DNA of 37,345 nucleotides from a virus (Duplodnaviria > Caudoviricetes): positions 1-37,345 of IMG/VR virus record IMGVR_UViG_3300024051_000049. One strand, 5' to 3'. A program made the translations under genes and the position numbers. The notes under the pieces were generated by a model. It was not told the origin of the DNA and made no database searches. It saw only the letters and a program-made list of their open reading frames with translations. Below, piece after piece: positions 8,600 to 17,813 of this stretch (positions are counted from its first letter, which is position 1; each line of letters starts with the position of its first letter).

Positions 8600-9178
8600 T
8601 TAAGCCGTAATAGCCCGCAACGCTGCAGGAACAATCGTAGGGACCATCTTCCTTTGCGCAGCAGTCAACTCCAACGCATCCAACACCCGTTGAATCACTG
8701 CAGCAACCTGCGCGCCCTGCGCCTCAGCCAAACGCACCCGACGTTCCTCCACACCAGCCTTCAACGCCGCAGACGTAGCCGTAATCAAATGCTGCCGCTC
8801 ACGCTCATACAACGTGTACCAAACAGACGCTTTAGCTTCCATCGTCACAACAAGACCAGCATCATCCTCAACAGTCTTAGTCCGACCAAAAACAAGAGCC
8901 TGCTGATCCACCTCCTGCACACGCTCACGCAACCACGCAACATGACCGGCAGTCCACTGCACCTCCTCCAACAATGCTTCCCCAGGCATAATGTCCCGAC
9001 GAGCACCAAGAGTCCGCATCTCATCTTCTGCTTTAGCCTCAGACAATCGACGCTTAGCAGCCTTCATCACCTGCGAGGCCTTACCACCGTGTGTGGCGCA
9101 AACGGTGGTGCCGTGCATGGCGTATTTTCGGCAGCGTTCACCTGATTGTTTTGATTTTGCTGTGCATTGCCGTTCCAT
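8600..9178 (-). CDS. terS: Terminase small subunit (HGG zinc-knuckle type)
   Basis: CTAKSK-x4-C...C-x-x-HGG; directly upstream of terL. Confidence 0.8.
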   Translation of the reverse strand: MERQCTAKSKQSGERCRKYAMHGTTVCATHGGKASQVMKAAKRRLSEAKAEDEMRTLGARRDIMPGEALLEEVQWTAGHVAWLRERVQEVDQQALVFGRTKTVEDDAGLVVTMEAKASVWYTLYERERQHLITATSAALKAGVEERRVRLAEAQGAQVAAVIQRVLDALELTAAQRKMVPTIVPAALRAITA

Positions 9179-9225
9179 GAGGTTGCTTTCTTTTGTTTGG
9201 TGTTTCTTGGGGTTCCGTGAGGTTG

Positions 9226-9298
9226 TGCCTGATACAAGGTTTGAACTTGTGACCCTCCGATTAAAAGTCGGATGCTCTACCGGTTGAGCTAATCAGGC
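9226..9298 (-). tRNA. tRNA-Lys(UUU), CCA not encoded
   Basis: Acceptor GCCTGAT/ATCAGGC+A; anticodon arm TCCGA-CTTTTAA-TCGGA; T arm ACAAG-TTCAAAC-CTTGT; 73 nt. Confidence 0.95.
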
Positions 9299-9355
9299 GT
9301 GACCCCGTGGGGCCGCTAACTGGTCTACACCGTCCGGGGGTGTCCGGTTAGCCCG

Positions 9356-9429
9356 TGCTCTTGACGCGATTCGAACGCGTACTGGACCGGGTTTAAGCCG
9401 GGTGCCTCTACCCGTTGGGCTACAAGAGC
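9356..9429 (-). tRNA. tRNA-Leu(UAA), short variable arm, CCA not encoded
   Basis: Acceptor GCTCTTG/CAAGAGC+A; anticodon arm CCGG-CTTAAAC-CCGG; T arm ACGCG-TTCGAAT-CGCGT; 74 nt. Confidence 0.92.
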
Positions 9430-9457
9430 GGGTGCCCACGGTGTGTGGGCTGTGGGG

Positions 9458-9619
9458 TTATTGGATGTTGATGTAGTGGCGTTTGTTGTTTGTGGTGCGG
9501 ATGGTGATGGACCCGAGTTGCGGTTCGATGTAGAGGCTTTTCACTTCGGTGTATGGGATGCCGGCGAGTTCTGTGATTGCTTGGATGATTCCGGTGGGGA
9601 GTGTGATGCGTGTGTTCAT
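9458..9619 (-). CDS. Hypothetical protein, 53 aa
   Basis: Hand-translated MNTRITLPTG...HYINIQ; ATGA overlap with dnaN stop. Confidence 0.65.
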   Translation of the reverse strand: MNTRITLPTGIIQAITELAGIPYTEVKSLYIEPQLGSITIRTTNNKRHYINIQ

Positions 9620-10701
9620 GTGAGGGTCCTGACGGGGACGAGGAGGTATGTGTATTGGCAGTGTGGTGTGTTGGGTGTGAATGTGACGGGTTTGTTGGGG
9701 TGGGTGAAGCCTAGGCGTGTGTCTTGGCTGGGTTGGGTGTCGAGGCCGTCTAGGAGGAATGCTGGGTTGAAGGATGTTTTTATGGGGTCCCCTTGTAGGG
9801 GTTGGGTGAGTGGGAGGGTTTCGGTGGCGTGTGCGTCTGTGGTGTTTCCGGCTGTGACTTCTACTGTGGTTTCAGTGAAGTTGAGGGTGATAGCGGTTCC
9901 TCGTTCGGCGACGATGCTTATGCGTTTCACTGCGTCTTGTAGTTCTTTGCCGTTCACTACTGCTGTGGTTGGGCAGGATTCTGGGATGAGGCGTTTCGCT
10001 GGTGGGTAGTCACCTGCGGTGATTGTGACGGTGATAGTTCTTAGTGGGGTGCTGAACGTGATGATGCGGTCGTTCGCGTGTAAGGTGATTTCGCCTGTGA
10101 GTGCGCGTGTGGCTTCGTGTACCGCCTTCCCAGGGACTAGGAGTTCGAAGTCTTTCCCGTCCCATGGGAGTGTTGAAGCAGTGAGGCGGTAACGGTCCGT
10201 TGAGATTGCCTCGAGGGCACCGTTGCTAGCGGTTAATTGGATGGCCGTCAGCAGTGGAAGTGCGTCATCTCGTGACGTAGCGGTTAACGCACGCGAGAGT
10301 ACTGGGAATAGTACGTCAGCGTGAACGTTTCCGAGGTAATCCCCTACGGTTGGTGGTGTTGGGTATTCACTTGATTCCATGGTGTTTAACCGGAATTTTG
10401 AGGCCCCACACTGTACTTCCAGTTTACCATTTTTCACGCTGAATTGCGCGGTTTTCTTCGGTAAAGCCGCCACGATTTCGGCTAGGAGTTTACCGGGAAC
10501 CAAGATCGTTTCCCCGTCAATGACGGTGGCTTCCACACTGGCTTTGACGTGTGTCGTGTAATCGTATGTTTCCGCTGTCAATTCACCGTTGAGGCTGCTG
10601 ATGCGCACGCCTGACAGGATTGGTGAAGGTGGGCGGATGGGAGCGGTTTTGGCTACCCACAAGAGTTGGTCGAAGTGTTGGGGTTCAAGTGTGAATTGCA
10701 T
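9616..10701 (-). CDS. dnaN: DNA polymerase III beta sliding clamp (phage-encoded)
   Basis: 361 aa; PILSGV, LVPGKLL, STDRYRL, GDYP, FNPAFLLDGL, YLLVPVR motifs. Confidence 0.93.
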   Translation of the reverse strand: MQFTLEPQHFDQLLWVAKTAPIRPPSPILSGVRISSLNGELTAETYDYTTHVKASVEATVIDGETILVPGKLLAEIVAALPKKTAQFSVKNGKLEVQCGASKFRLNTMESSEYPTPPTVGDYLGNVHADVLFPVLSRALTATSRDDALPLLTAIQLTASNGALEAISTDRYRLTASTLPWDGKDFELLVPGKAVHEATRALTGEITLHANDRIITFSTPLRTITVTITAGDYPPAKRLIPESCPTTAVVNGKELQDAVKRISIVAERGTAITLNFTETTVEVTAGNTTDAHATETLPLTQPLQGDPIKTSFNPAFLLDGLDTQPSQDTRLGFTHPNKPVTFTPNTPHCQYTYLLVPVRTLT

Positions 10702-10713
10702 GAGCGTGCTTTC

Positions 10714-11976
10714 TTATCTGGCAAGGTCTTTGAACCTTGAGTAATGGAATTGATGTGCAAGGGTAACAGTGCCTGTGGGACCGTTTCTGTGTTTACCTAC
10801 GATGATGTCTACCTCTCCTGCGCGAGGGTGTTCGGGTTCTTCATAATCTTCGCGGTGTAGGAGACAGATCACGTCTGCGTCTTGCTCGAGTGCACCGGAT
10901 TCACGTAGGTCGGAGATGCGGGGGCGTTTTTGGTCTGCTGCTCCACGGTTTAACTGTGCTGCAGCGGCAATGGGTATGCCGAGTTTTTTAGCCAGGATTT
11001 TTAGTCCGCGTGAGAATTCTTCGAGTCCTTCACGGCGTGAAACCTTCGGGTTGAATGTCCCTAACTGTAGGTAATCAATGCACGCGATGTCGGCTTTCAA
11101 ATCTTTGATGGTGGAGCGAATGTCAGCGATTGTGCATTCTGGGTCGTCAATGATGTGCAGGGGCGCGTTGCGGATCCGGGTTTGAGCTTCTGCTATGCGT
11201 TGCCATTCGTTGGCTCCTAAGTTTTTCTCTTGCAACTGTGTAAGTGGTATGCGTGCTTCAGCGGAAATGATGCGTCTGAGGTATTCATTTGCGCTCATTT
11301 CGAGTGAGAACACGACTGTTGTGTGTTGGTCTCGGATAGCGGCTGATCGTGCGATGTCTGCTAGGGCAACGGATTTACCCATTGCTGGGCGGCCAGCCAT
11401 GATAATGAATTGGCCTGCTTCCATTGGGCGTAGGACCCTGTGTGCGTCCGTGTAGGGCCAGTGGATTCCTTGCCCGTCACTGGTGTTTTCGAGGTCGTCT
11501 AGGAAGTCGTCTAATTGGTCGGAGACATGAGTTTTTTGGTGTTCTATTGGACGGTAGGCGGCTTCTAGCTCGGTCATTGCTAGGGTGGCAATGTTTTTTG
11601 GTGTTTCTTCGGGCATTGCCGCGATTTGTTGAATTCGCGTTCCGGTGAGGGTGAGCCGCCTGCGTACTGCGAGGTCTCTGATTTCTTCGGCGTAGGCTGC
11701 TGCTTGTACCCCGATGGTTCCGAGTGAAACTATGTCGATGAGTGTGGGTTGGAAGCGTTGTAAACCGTATTTCGCTAGCCCTGAGACGATGGTGATGGGG
11801 TCTACGAGTTGCCCTTGGGTGAGCATGTTTCTGGCGGTTTCCCATATTGCTTCGTGTGCTGGGACGTAGAAGTCATCGGGTGTGAGTGTGCGGATTAACT
11901 GGTTGAGGACGTTTGGGGTGTGTAGGGCTGCGCATATTACGCCGGCTTCTGCTTGTGGGTTGTGGAGGTCACTCAT
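10714..11976 (-). CDS. dnaB: Replicative DNA helicase
   Basis: AGRPAMGKS, FSLEMS, IDYLQL, QLNR, DLRESGALEQDAD, KHRNGPTG. Confidence 0.97.
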   Translation of the reverse strand: MSDLHNPQAEAGVICAALHTPNVLNQLIRTLTPDDFYVPAHEAIWETARNMLTQGQLVDPITIVSGLAKYGLQRFQPTLIDIVSLGTIGVQAAAYAEEIRDLAVRRRLTLTGTRIQQIAAMPEETPKNIATLAMTELEAAYRPIEHQKTHVSDQLDDFLDDLENTSDGQGIHWPYTDAHRVLRPMEAGQFIIMAGRPAMGKSVALADIARSAAIRDQHTTVVFSLEMSANEYLRRIISAEARIPLTQLQEKNLGANEWQRIAEAQTRIRNAPLHIIDDPECTIADIRSTIKDLKADIACIDYLQLGTFNPKVSRREGLEEFSRGLKILAKKLGIPIAAAAQLNRGAADQKRPRISDLRESGALEQDADVICLLHREDYEEPEHPRAGEVDIIVGKHRNGPTGTVTLAHQFHYSRFKDLAR

Positions 11977-12115
11977 TGGCTTCTCGTCCGTCTAGGCTGT
12001 GGTGTTTGTAGATGACACCGCCGGATAGGAATTCTGGGGTTGGCCCGCATACGCATTCGTCATCATCAGAGTGGTCTACCTGGTCGTTGACGGGCATGAC
12101 ATGCCATTCATCCAT
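11969..12115 (-). CDS. Small His/Cys phage protein, 48 aa
   Basis: Hand-translated MDEWHVMPVNDQVDH...CVCGP...HHSLDGREANE; GAAAGGA SD; overlaps dnaB start. Confidence 0.75.
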   Translation of the reverse strand: MDEWHVMPVNDQVDHSDDDECVCGPTPEFLSGGVIYKHHSLDGREANE

Positions 12116-12127
12116 TGGGTTTTCCTT

Positions 12128-12877
12128 TCAGAAATTCCGTGGGTTCGTGGGGTATCCGCGGAGGCTAATCCCCGGGTGATTGTGGCGTTGGCATCCTTTG
12201 GGGCATCCGTGGTAGTGCATGTAGCAAGCCCCCCTTCCCCGATGGTGGGCGTAAATGCTGGGGCAATCGGAGTGTTCAGCACCGATACATTCCCCGGTTC
12301 CGTCCGCGTGGACAATGACTGTTCCGTCGCATTTCAAGGTGAGGAGACTACGAGTGTTTCGCGGGTCTGCTTTTACCCATAGCTCTTCGTAGGATGCAGC
12401 ATCGCGCATGCATCGAAGGCGAGTATGGAATGTGGGGTTTGGTGGTGCCAGAGGGTTCTTGAGGTTTGGCCCGTCGAACGTGATCTTGTTTTGGCGTGCA
12501 GTGATGGGTTCGTTGCAGGCCATGCACGCGCCTTCGGGGATGGAGAGGAGTTCTTCCATTTTTTGGGTTTCCCGGAGCGCATATTCTTCGGCTTCATATT
12601 CCCGGCAGGGCGCGAGTTCACCACAGGACACGCAGATCGCGTAATGCTCTGGCAGGAGGTCCCAACCCATGTAGTAGGCGGGAACGGTGGTCCCATAGTG
12701 TGGGTGTAGTTGACCGGGTTTGTGGACGATGAGCTCAAACGAGTTTTCGTCAACGTCTCGAGTTCCTACAACGATCCAGGGTTTCCGGTCTATTGCGATG
12801 AGCATTCCTGGTTCGGGCCGTCGTGTCGTGATACTTCTGTGGATGCTTTTCACGGCGGGTGTCCAGTAGCGTCCCAT
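12128..12877 (-). CDS. Cys/His-rich hypothetical protein
   Basis: Start moved to MGRYW behind AGGAAGG; several CxxC motifs. Confidence 0.75.
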   Translation of the reverse strand: MGRYWTPAVKSIHRSITTRRPEPGMLIAIDRKPWIVVGTRDVDENSFELIVHKPGQLHPHYGTTVPAYYMGWDLLPEHYAICVSCGELAPCREYEAEEYALRETQKMEELLSIPEGACMACNEPITARQNKITFDGPNLKNPLAPPNPTFHTRLRCMRDAASYEELWVKADPRNTRSLLTLKCDGTVIVHADGTGECIGAEHSDCPSIYAHHRGRGACYMHYHGCPKGCQRHNHPGISLRGYPTNPRNF

Positions 12878-12938
12878 GGTTTCCTTCCTATGCCCGCCGA
12901 CATGACGCCGGCGGGCATAAAAATGACCCTCAGTGGGG

Positions 12939-13097
12939 TCAGTTGATGGTTGTTGGATCAGTGGTTTCGGGTGGGGGTGGTGTCCATCCGGCAGCGATGA
13001 TCGCGTCGGCGGTGTAGTAGTCATGTGTATGTGTAACCCCGCAACCGCATGTCCATACGTGGATGAGTTCGGCGAGTTCATCGCGTGGTGTGGTCAT
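12939..13097 (-). CDS. Hypothetical protein, 52 aa
   Basis: Hand-translated MTTPRDELAELI...ADAIIAAGW...; ATGA coupling. Confidence 0.7.
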   Translation of the reverse strand: MTTPRDELAELIHVWTCGCGVTHTHDYYTADAIIAAGWTPPPPETTDPTTIN

Positions 13098-13402
13098 GCG
13101 AAAACGGCTTCAGGTAGTGGGTTCACGCGAACCCAGTAGTGATACTTGGCGAGTTCACCTGACTGGATGTCAATGCCAACGAATGTCCCCACGGGAAGCC
13201 TTTCTAGGGAAATCACTTTAAGTTCCCCATGTACGATCCTCGTCACCCCTTCATCGACGATGAGGTCTAGGTCGAGGCCGTTGCTCTCATACCATGCAAG
13301 TAAACAGTCCCATGCGCTGGTATGGATCGGGTTCCTGGTCTCCGGCTTGGTGATTACCATCATTGCTCCATCAACGACGACCGTGTGGAAACGCCCCTTC
13401 AT
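13094..13402 (-). CDS. Hypothetical protein
   Basis: ATGA-coupled on both sides. Confidence 0.7.
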   Translation of the reverse strand: MKGRFHTVVVDGAMMVITKPETRNPIHTSAWDCLLAWYESNGLDLDLIVDEGVTRIVHGELKVISLERLPVGTFVGIDIQSGELAKYHYWVRVNPLPEAVFA

Positions 13403-13548
13403 GGTTTTTTCTCTCTGTTTTCGGCGATGAAGCCTTTCCCGCAGTCGCAGTCGAATACGTGGTATGTTCCGGCTTCATTGGCGCGGTGGCGGACGTTGTG
13501 GAAGACGGTGTGCCATGCGTATTTGAGAAAGACTAGGAAACTTCTCAT
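13399..13548 (-). CDS. Hypothetical protein, 49 aa
   Basis: GAGGAG SD and ATGA overlap; CDCGK motif. Confidence 0.6.
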   Translation of the reverse strand: MRSFLVFLKYAWHTVFHNVRHRANEAGTYHVFDCDCGKGFIAENREKKP

Positions 13549-13835
13549 GATTCTCCTCGTGCGATCTTGGCTGCGGATTTCAAGCCTTGCCGGAATGTAA
13601 GAGCCGTGGCTGCCTCCACTGCACTCTGCCACCCATTAATGGGCGTGTTCTCAGGTTCACGGATGTGTTCTTCGATCTCTTTGGCGATCTGCTCACGAAT
13701 GGCAGGCAGTGCTGCTTCGAGGGCAAAGGTTGCCAGCATACGTTGGTGACCTAGCGCTTCGTTGGTGTGCATGTCGCGCCAGTGTACGGATAGCGCTCGC
13801 GTGGCCGCTTCGATAGCGGCTTCGGGGATGGTCAT
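13545..13835 (-). CDS. Hypothetical protein
   Basis: GAGGAGG SD; coupled; IPEAAIEAA...ALEAALP module. Confidence 0.75.
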   Translation of the reverse strand: MTIPEAAIEAATRALSVHWRDMHTNEALGHQRMLATFALEAALPAIREQIAKEIEEHIREPENTPINGWQSAVEAATALTFRQGLKSAAKIARGES

Positions 13836-14098
13836 TCAGTTACCTCCTCATACATTTGCTCGAACACGTCAGGCTTACATGGGTAGAGTGCGCCCTCCAC
13901 GCCGCGGATGAGCATGTCCCCGATGTTAGCGCGAATGTTGCCTTCAGGCGTGGGGATGATTCCGAACGCGATCCCGCGCCCTCCTGACTGCTTGATGAGT
14001 TGAATCTCAGGAGCAAACTCCTGTACAACCTTCCACGGCGACGCGAAAACGATCGCCTCGATCTCGACTGGTTTCTTGCGGTACGTCATTGGGTTCAT
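13832..14098 (-). CDS. Conserved phage protein (RKKPV family)
   Basis: YRKKPVEIEA...IPTPEG...GD-x-LIRGVEG-x-x-YPCKPD-x-F. Confidence 0.85.
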   Translation of the reverse strand: MNPMTYRKKPVEIEAIVFASPWKVVQEFAPEIQLIKQSGGRGIAFGIIPTPEGNIRANIGDMLIRGVEGALYPCKPDVFEQMYEEVTE

Positions 14099-14400
14099 GG
14101 TTGTTCCTTGTTGGCTAGTTCGAGTAGGACATCTGCGTGGCAAGGCTGGTCGAGTGGGCACCAACACGCGAGGTTCTTACCTGCTAGTTCGGTGCGGGCT
14201 TCTGTAATGCTGGGGACCTTGGCAAAGGGGAGTAGCCCGTTCAGTGCATCGCGGTATCGCCAGACGCAGCCTTTGGCGCTCATGCCGTCCTTGATACGCC
14301 ACGGGTTTCCCCATTTCGATCCGCGTCCTACATACACGGTGTTGTCGGGCATGCGCCAGCCCTTGGCGCGGCGGCGTTGCACACGGATAGGGGCACTCAT
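14095..14400 (-). CDS. DUF4326 family protein
   Basis: YVGRGSKWGNP...LAGKNLACWCP...CHADVL. Confidence 0.88.
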   Translation of the reverse strand: MSAPIRVQRRRAKGWRMPDNTVYVGRGSKWGNPWRIKDGMSAKGCVWRYRDALNGLLPFAKVPSITEARTELAGKNLACWCPLDQPCHADVLLELANKEQP

Positions 14401-14996
14401 TCCTTCACCTCCTTGAGTGCGGCTTCGAGTGCGGCGCGTGCAGCGTCACACCACTCGTCAGCATCCTCCTTATCCAGTCCCTCCCATGAAGGCCAACTGG
14501 CGCGCTCGGCTGGACTCTCGATCAAGGCAACCCTGCCTTCGTATAGCGCCCGTGCCGCAGTGGTCACCATGCCATCAGTCACCTCGATAGCGTTTGAATG
14601 GTGTTTTGCGCAGGGTTCTGATTCTTCTATTACTGATTCGATACGGTTAATCGTCCGATTAGCGATTTGCAGACGGCGCAATATCGGGTCGATGTACTCA
14701 CCGGCGCGTTCATCGTCCGCCGCGTCACGCTTAAGAATCTCTCGAATCCTTGAGAAGGCTTGCCGCAGTTTTATATTTTGACGGCGTAACTCGTTGCGTG
14801 ACTGGCGCAAGTTGTTGTTCTCAGTTGTGAGCCATTTAACGTGCCGTACTGATTTTTCAGTTATTCGGTCTGACGGGATACGCCGCCAGCCAGCCGCGAG
14901 AATCTCGTCGGCTACATTCAGTGGGAATGGTCGTGCGTCGAGTTCCAGCGCGTTCGGGTCGATAATGCGTGCTAGTTCTTCGCGTTCAGTGCTCAT
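14397..14996 (-). CDS. Mosaic hypothetical protein with central coiled coil
   Basis: GGAGG SD; ATGA-coupled. Confidence 0.75.
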   Translation of the reverse strand: MSTEREELARIIDPNALELDARPFPLNVADEILAAGWRRIPSDRITEKSVRHVKWLTTENNNLRQSRNELRRQNIKLRQAFSRIREILKRDAADDERAGEYIDPILRRLQIANRTINRIESVIEESEPCAKHHSNAIEVTDGMVTTAARALYEGRVALIESPAERASWPSWEGLDKEDADEWCDAARAALEAALKEVKE

Positions 14997-15241
14997 GATT
15001 CCTCCGTGTAGGGGTTGATGTTTTTCGCGATCTCCACTGGCGTGCCGTCGGTGTACTTCATGGCTGCCACCGCCTCATCCCATGCTTGGGCTTTGGCTTT
15101 ACGGATTTCCTCGGCATACCAGCGGTCGAATGCTCGCTCTCCTTCCGCCGTGTGGTTTGTTATTGGGTCGTAATATTCAGCCACGGGGTCTTCCGCGTAT
15201 CCCTTGCGCACTTCCCTTGTAGTAGGCGTGTGGTCGCTCAT
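14993..15241 (-). CDS. Hypothetical protein
   Basis: MSDHTPTT...FDRW...KAQAWDE...NPY; coupled. Confidence 0.75.
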   Translation of the reverse strand: MSDHTPTTREVRKGYAEDPVAEYYDPITNHTAEGERAFDRWYAEEIRKAKAQAWDEAVAAMKYTDGTPVEIAKNINPYTEES

Positions 15242-15342
15242 TTCTTCTCCAATTCTTCGATGCGTGCGAGAGCACACAGGTAGCAGTACGGGCGGTCATG
15301 CAGGATTCGTTCGAGGCTGCACGCTGGGCAATCATCATTCAT
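15238..15342 (-). CDS. 34-aa zinc-finger-like peptide
   Basis: Hand-translated MNDDCPACSLERILHDRPYCYLCALARIEELEKK; AGGAGG SD; ATGA overlap. Confidence 0.65.
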   Translation of the reverse strand: MNDDCPACSLERILHDRPYCYLCALARIEELEKK

Positions 15343-15586
15343 TGCGTTCCTCCTGGTGGATGATCATTTCTGTTGCTGTTTTGAGTTCGCGGAGTACACC
15401 AGCGAGCACGTCATACGCTCGCACGGCTGCTCTCATCTCAGGGATTGTGCCGCCATGCTTTATCGTTGCTGCCAGTGCATCCAGATCGGCTTGGTATTTT
15501 CCACGTACATGGTCAATCACACGTAGAGCAATGTCTTGGCCAATATCGTCAGCATTCATTTCACCGAACATGAGTTGCATGGTCAT
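15335..15586 (-). CDS. Hypothetical protein
   Basis: AGGA SD; fits the operon. Confidence 0.7.
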   Translation of the reverse strand: MTMQLMFGEMNADDIGQDIALRVIDHVRGKYQADLDALAATIKHGGTIPEMRAAVRAYDVLAGVLRELKTATEMIIHQEERNE

Positions 15587-15599
15587 TTGGTGTTTCCTG

Positions 15600-15920
15600 T
15601 CAGTCGGTGTAGACGTTCACGATGAGGCCTTCTACAGTTCCCCCAAAGCAGGCGTTCCCGCAGTCTGCAATGAGTAGTCTTTGCCTGGCTGTGAGTTGTT
15701 TACATTCCTCAGATAGTCGATAGGTTGTCCGTCCGTATCCGTCGCCTATCCTGGTTCGGTGCTTGCTGATTCCAACGAGGCAGGGGCCGTAGTTGAGGCC
15801 TCCGTCCTCCATGACTTTTGGTGGTTTAACTTCTAGGATTTTTAGCGCTTCGAGAAAGTCATCCCGGTACTCGATGCGGGTTTCTGGTGAGGCAAAAGCC
15901 CATCCGGATATGTGGGTCAT
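15600..15920 (-). CDS. Hypothetical protein
   Basis: GAAAGGA SD; coupled. Confidence 0.7.
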   Translation of the reverse strand: MTHISGWAFASPETRIEYRDDFLEALKILEVKPPKVMEDGGLNYGPCLVGISKHRTRIGDGYGRTTYRLSEECKQLTARQRLLIADCGNACFGGTVEGLIVNVYTD

Positions 15921-16090
15921 TCTGGTGTCCTTTCAATGGTGAGCCGGGATGCGATCTCGGCATATTCTGGATAACGACGCTGGTCTGCATCACAAATCAG
16001 GTGCCCCAACCATGCGGTGATCGTGGCACGCTCATTGACTGCTGGCGGGAGGATTTGCGCACCAGTCGCCGTCTCAACAAGACGAATCAC
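15917..16090 (-). CDS. Hypothetical protein, 57 aa
   Basis: Hand-translated from GTG behind GGAGG; ATGA overlap with the next gene. Confidence 0.6.
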   Translation of the reverse strand: MIRLVETATGAQILPPAVNERATITAWLGHLICDADQRRYPEYAEIASRLTIERTPE

Positions 16091-16808
16091 AATTCACACC
16101 TCCTCCCTCAACAATCCCTTTAGGACGCTCCCTACGGTTATCAATGTCATCCCACGACAAAGCAGGCCTCCACCCATTACGACGCGCAATATTCCTTGCA
16201 CGATTCACAGCAGTACGCTCAGCCGCAGTAACCGCAACAGGAGCCTGATTCCACAAACGCTCAAACACCTCACACACCGCTTCATGCGTTTTCACATGAA
16301 TTTCAGTACGCTTCAACACAGCCTGAAAATTAGATCGCTGAATCCCCAACTCTTCAGCAATCCACGCCATAGGCCACCCATTCCAACCCAAAGCTTGAAT
16401 ACGACGTTGCGCACCATACGCCGGGACTAACGCACCTGAACGGAGATTCTCTTGCGTTGGCTGGACAGCAAGAATTTTCTCTGCTTTATCCCGCCTAATA
16501 CGTTTACGCGGTTCCCCGTCCCGGTCATGCTGCCCATACAAGATCGTTTCCACTGCCGTGTATCCGACACCAGATAGTTCTGCTATCCGCTTCCAGCCGA
16601 TCCCGTAGGCTTGCAGCATGTGGATGTGTTCACGTACTGGCTGCACGTCCACGAGTCCACTGTCATAACGTCCGTAAGCGATTTGTTTTCTTCTTAGACG
16701 CGCCCGGTCCCGCATTCCTTCACGGCATGGGTCACAACCGCATTTATGCGTGATATAGCATGTTGTTGCTTTTTCGTGCTTGTGGTCTGGTGGGCATGAG
16801 GCTCTCAT
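16074..16808 (-). CDS. DNA-binding protein with Zn module and two HTH-like segments
   Basis: CY-x3-CGC-x2-C; VREHI-x2-L...IAELSGV; RRIQAL-x3-GW; WDDID. Confidence 0.8.
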   Translation of the reverse strand: MRASCPPDHKHEKATTCYITHKCGCDPCREGMRDRARLRRKQIAYGRYDSGLVDVQPVREHIHMLQAYGIGWKRIAELSGVGYTAVETILYGQHDRDGEPRKRIRRDKAEKILAVQPTQENLRSGALVPAYGAQRRIQALGWNGWPMAWIAEELGIQRSNFQAVLKRTEIHVKTHEAVCEVFERLWNQAPVAVTAAERTAVNRARNIARRNGWRPALSWDDIDNRRERPKGIVEGGGVNCDSSC

Positions 16809-17005
16809 TTCTTCCTCCTTTCGCATGGGTGAAAATGTGCTATCTCGTCATGCAGGCGTTCGAGGTATTCGGTCTTATCCCAGCCTTCGAGTTCGCAAAT
16901 GGTGAGGTCCATGTTGATGTCTGCGAGTAGTTTCGTGATGAGTTGTTCCCTGGCTAACTGGTTGAGCGCATGGGGCGCATCATCGCCCGTCAAATGCACG
17001 CTCAT
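16805..17005 (-). CDS. Hypothetical protein
   Basis: Coupled on both sides. Confidence 0.7.
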   Translation of the reverse strand: MSVHLTGDDAPHALNQLAREQLITKLLADINMDLTICELEGWDKTEYLERLHDEIAHFHPCERRKK

Positions 17006-17556
17006 GGCATGCTTCTTCTTGCCGCTTGAAGTGGCTCACGTTTTAACGCGATATCTCGTTCCATCTGCACCAATTGAGCCTCACCAAGCAACGCCTTCAT
17101 CTGCTGCAAGAAATGAAACAAAAACAACGAATCACCCAACGCCTCATACACTGGGAACGGTTCTTCCTTGCGCGCCTGCCACACGTTAACGAACGTGATA
17201 AGCAACTGCGCCCACTCGCTAGACCAGTTTTGAGGCGCTAAATCCCGTAGAGGATCCAAAGCCATGCACTCACGAATAAGCAAAGCGCATTCAGTGAGAC
17301 TATATTCAGACGCTAAAGCACCCTCACATAACAGATGCAAGTAGAGGGCAGCGTCAGTGTGCTTAGCAGCCTTCTCCGCATACACCATCACTTCACTGAA
17401 CGCTGGGTAAACGTGCCTACACCATCCACCATTAGCGAGGTGCGGAATCATCGATAGCGTGTCACGGTCTAGTTCAATGCCCCACGCTTTAAGGATCTTG
17501 TCAGCTTCCCTGTTCTTCCACGGTCCAGACAGCTTTACCAGTGGCCTTTCCGTCAC
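17002..17556 (-). CDS. Hypothetical protein
   Basis: GTG start behind AGGAGG; GTGA overlap. Confidence 0.7.
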   Translation of the reverse strand: MTERPLVKLSGPWKNREADKILKAWGIELDRDTLSMIPHLANGGWCRHVYPAFSEVMVYAEKAAKHTDAALYLHLLCEGALASEYSLTECALLIRECMALDPLRDLAPQNWSSEWAQLLITFVNVWQARKEEPFPVYEALGDSLFLFHFLQQMKALLGEAQLVQMERDIALKREPLQAARRSMP

Positions 17557-17813
17557 TTCGTGCCTCCTGGAATCCAAGAACGAGTACGTAGCCCAGACCC
17601 TTCACGGCCTTTCGCGTTTGCTTTGCAGACGAGGCAGTCCCGCTCCCAGTGAGGTTCAGTGCCGCCCTTACCGTCAGCCCGATAAGACCTGTCTCGGAGC
17701 CGCCAGCGAGTGGTTTCACGCGTCCACGGGTGCCCGTTCCCGCATGTGGGTTTTGGTGAGGCTAGTGTGACGGGTGGGAAATCTGCACCAATCAGGGTTT
17801 TTAGGGTCGTCAT
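17553..17813 (-). CDS. Small zinc-binding protein
   Basis: CGNGH...R-x-CLVC. Confidence 0.7.
   Translation of the reverse strand: MTTLKTLIGADFPPVTLASPKPTCGNGHPWTRETTRWRLRDRSYRADGKGGTEPHWERDCLVCKANAKGREGSGLRTRSWIPGGTK

Noticed and set aside
9356-9429. Ochre suppressor tRNA (anticodon UUA)
   Set aside because: Stem pairing gives loop CUUAAAC with anticodon UAA; the D arm and A73 fit Leu, and short-arm Leu tRNAs occur in Actinobacteria
12878-13081. N-terminal 68 aa of the 317-aa ORF
   Set aside because: Overlaps a coupled 52-aa gene and a hairpin; a strong SD precedes ATG 12877
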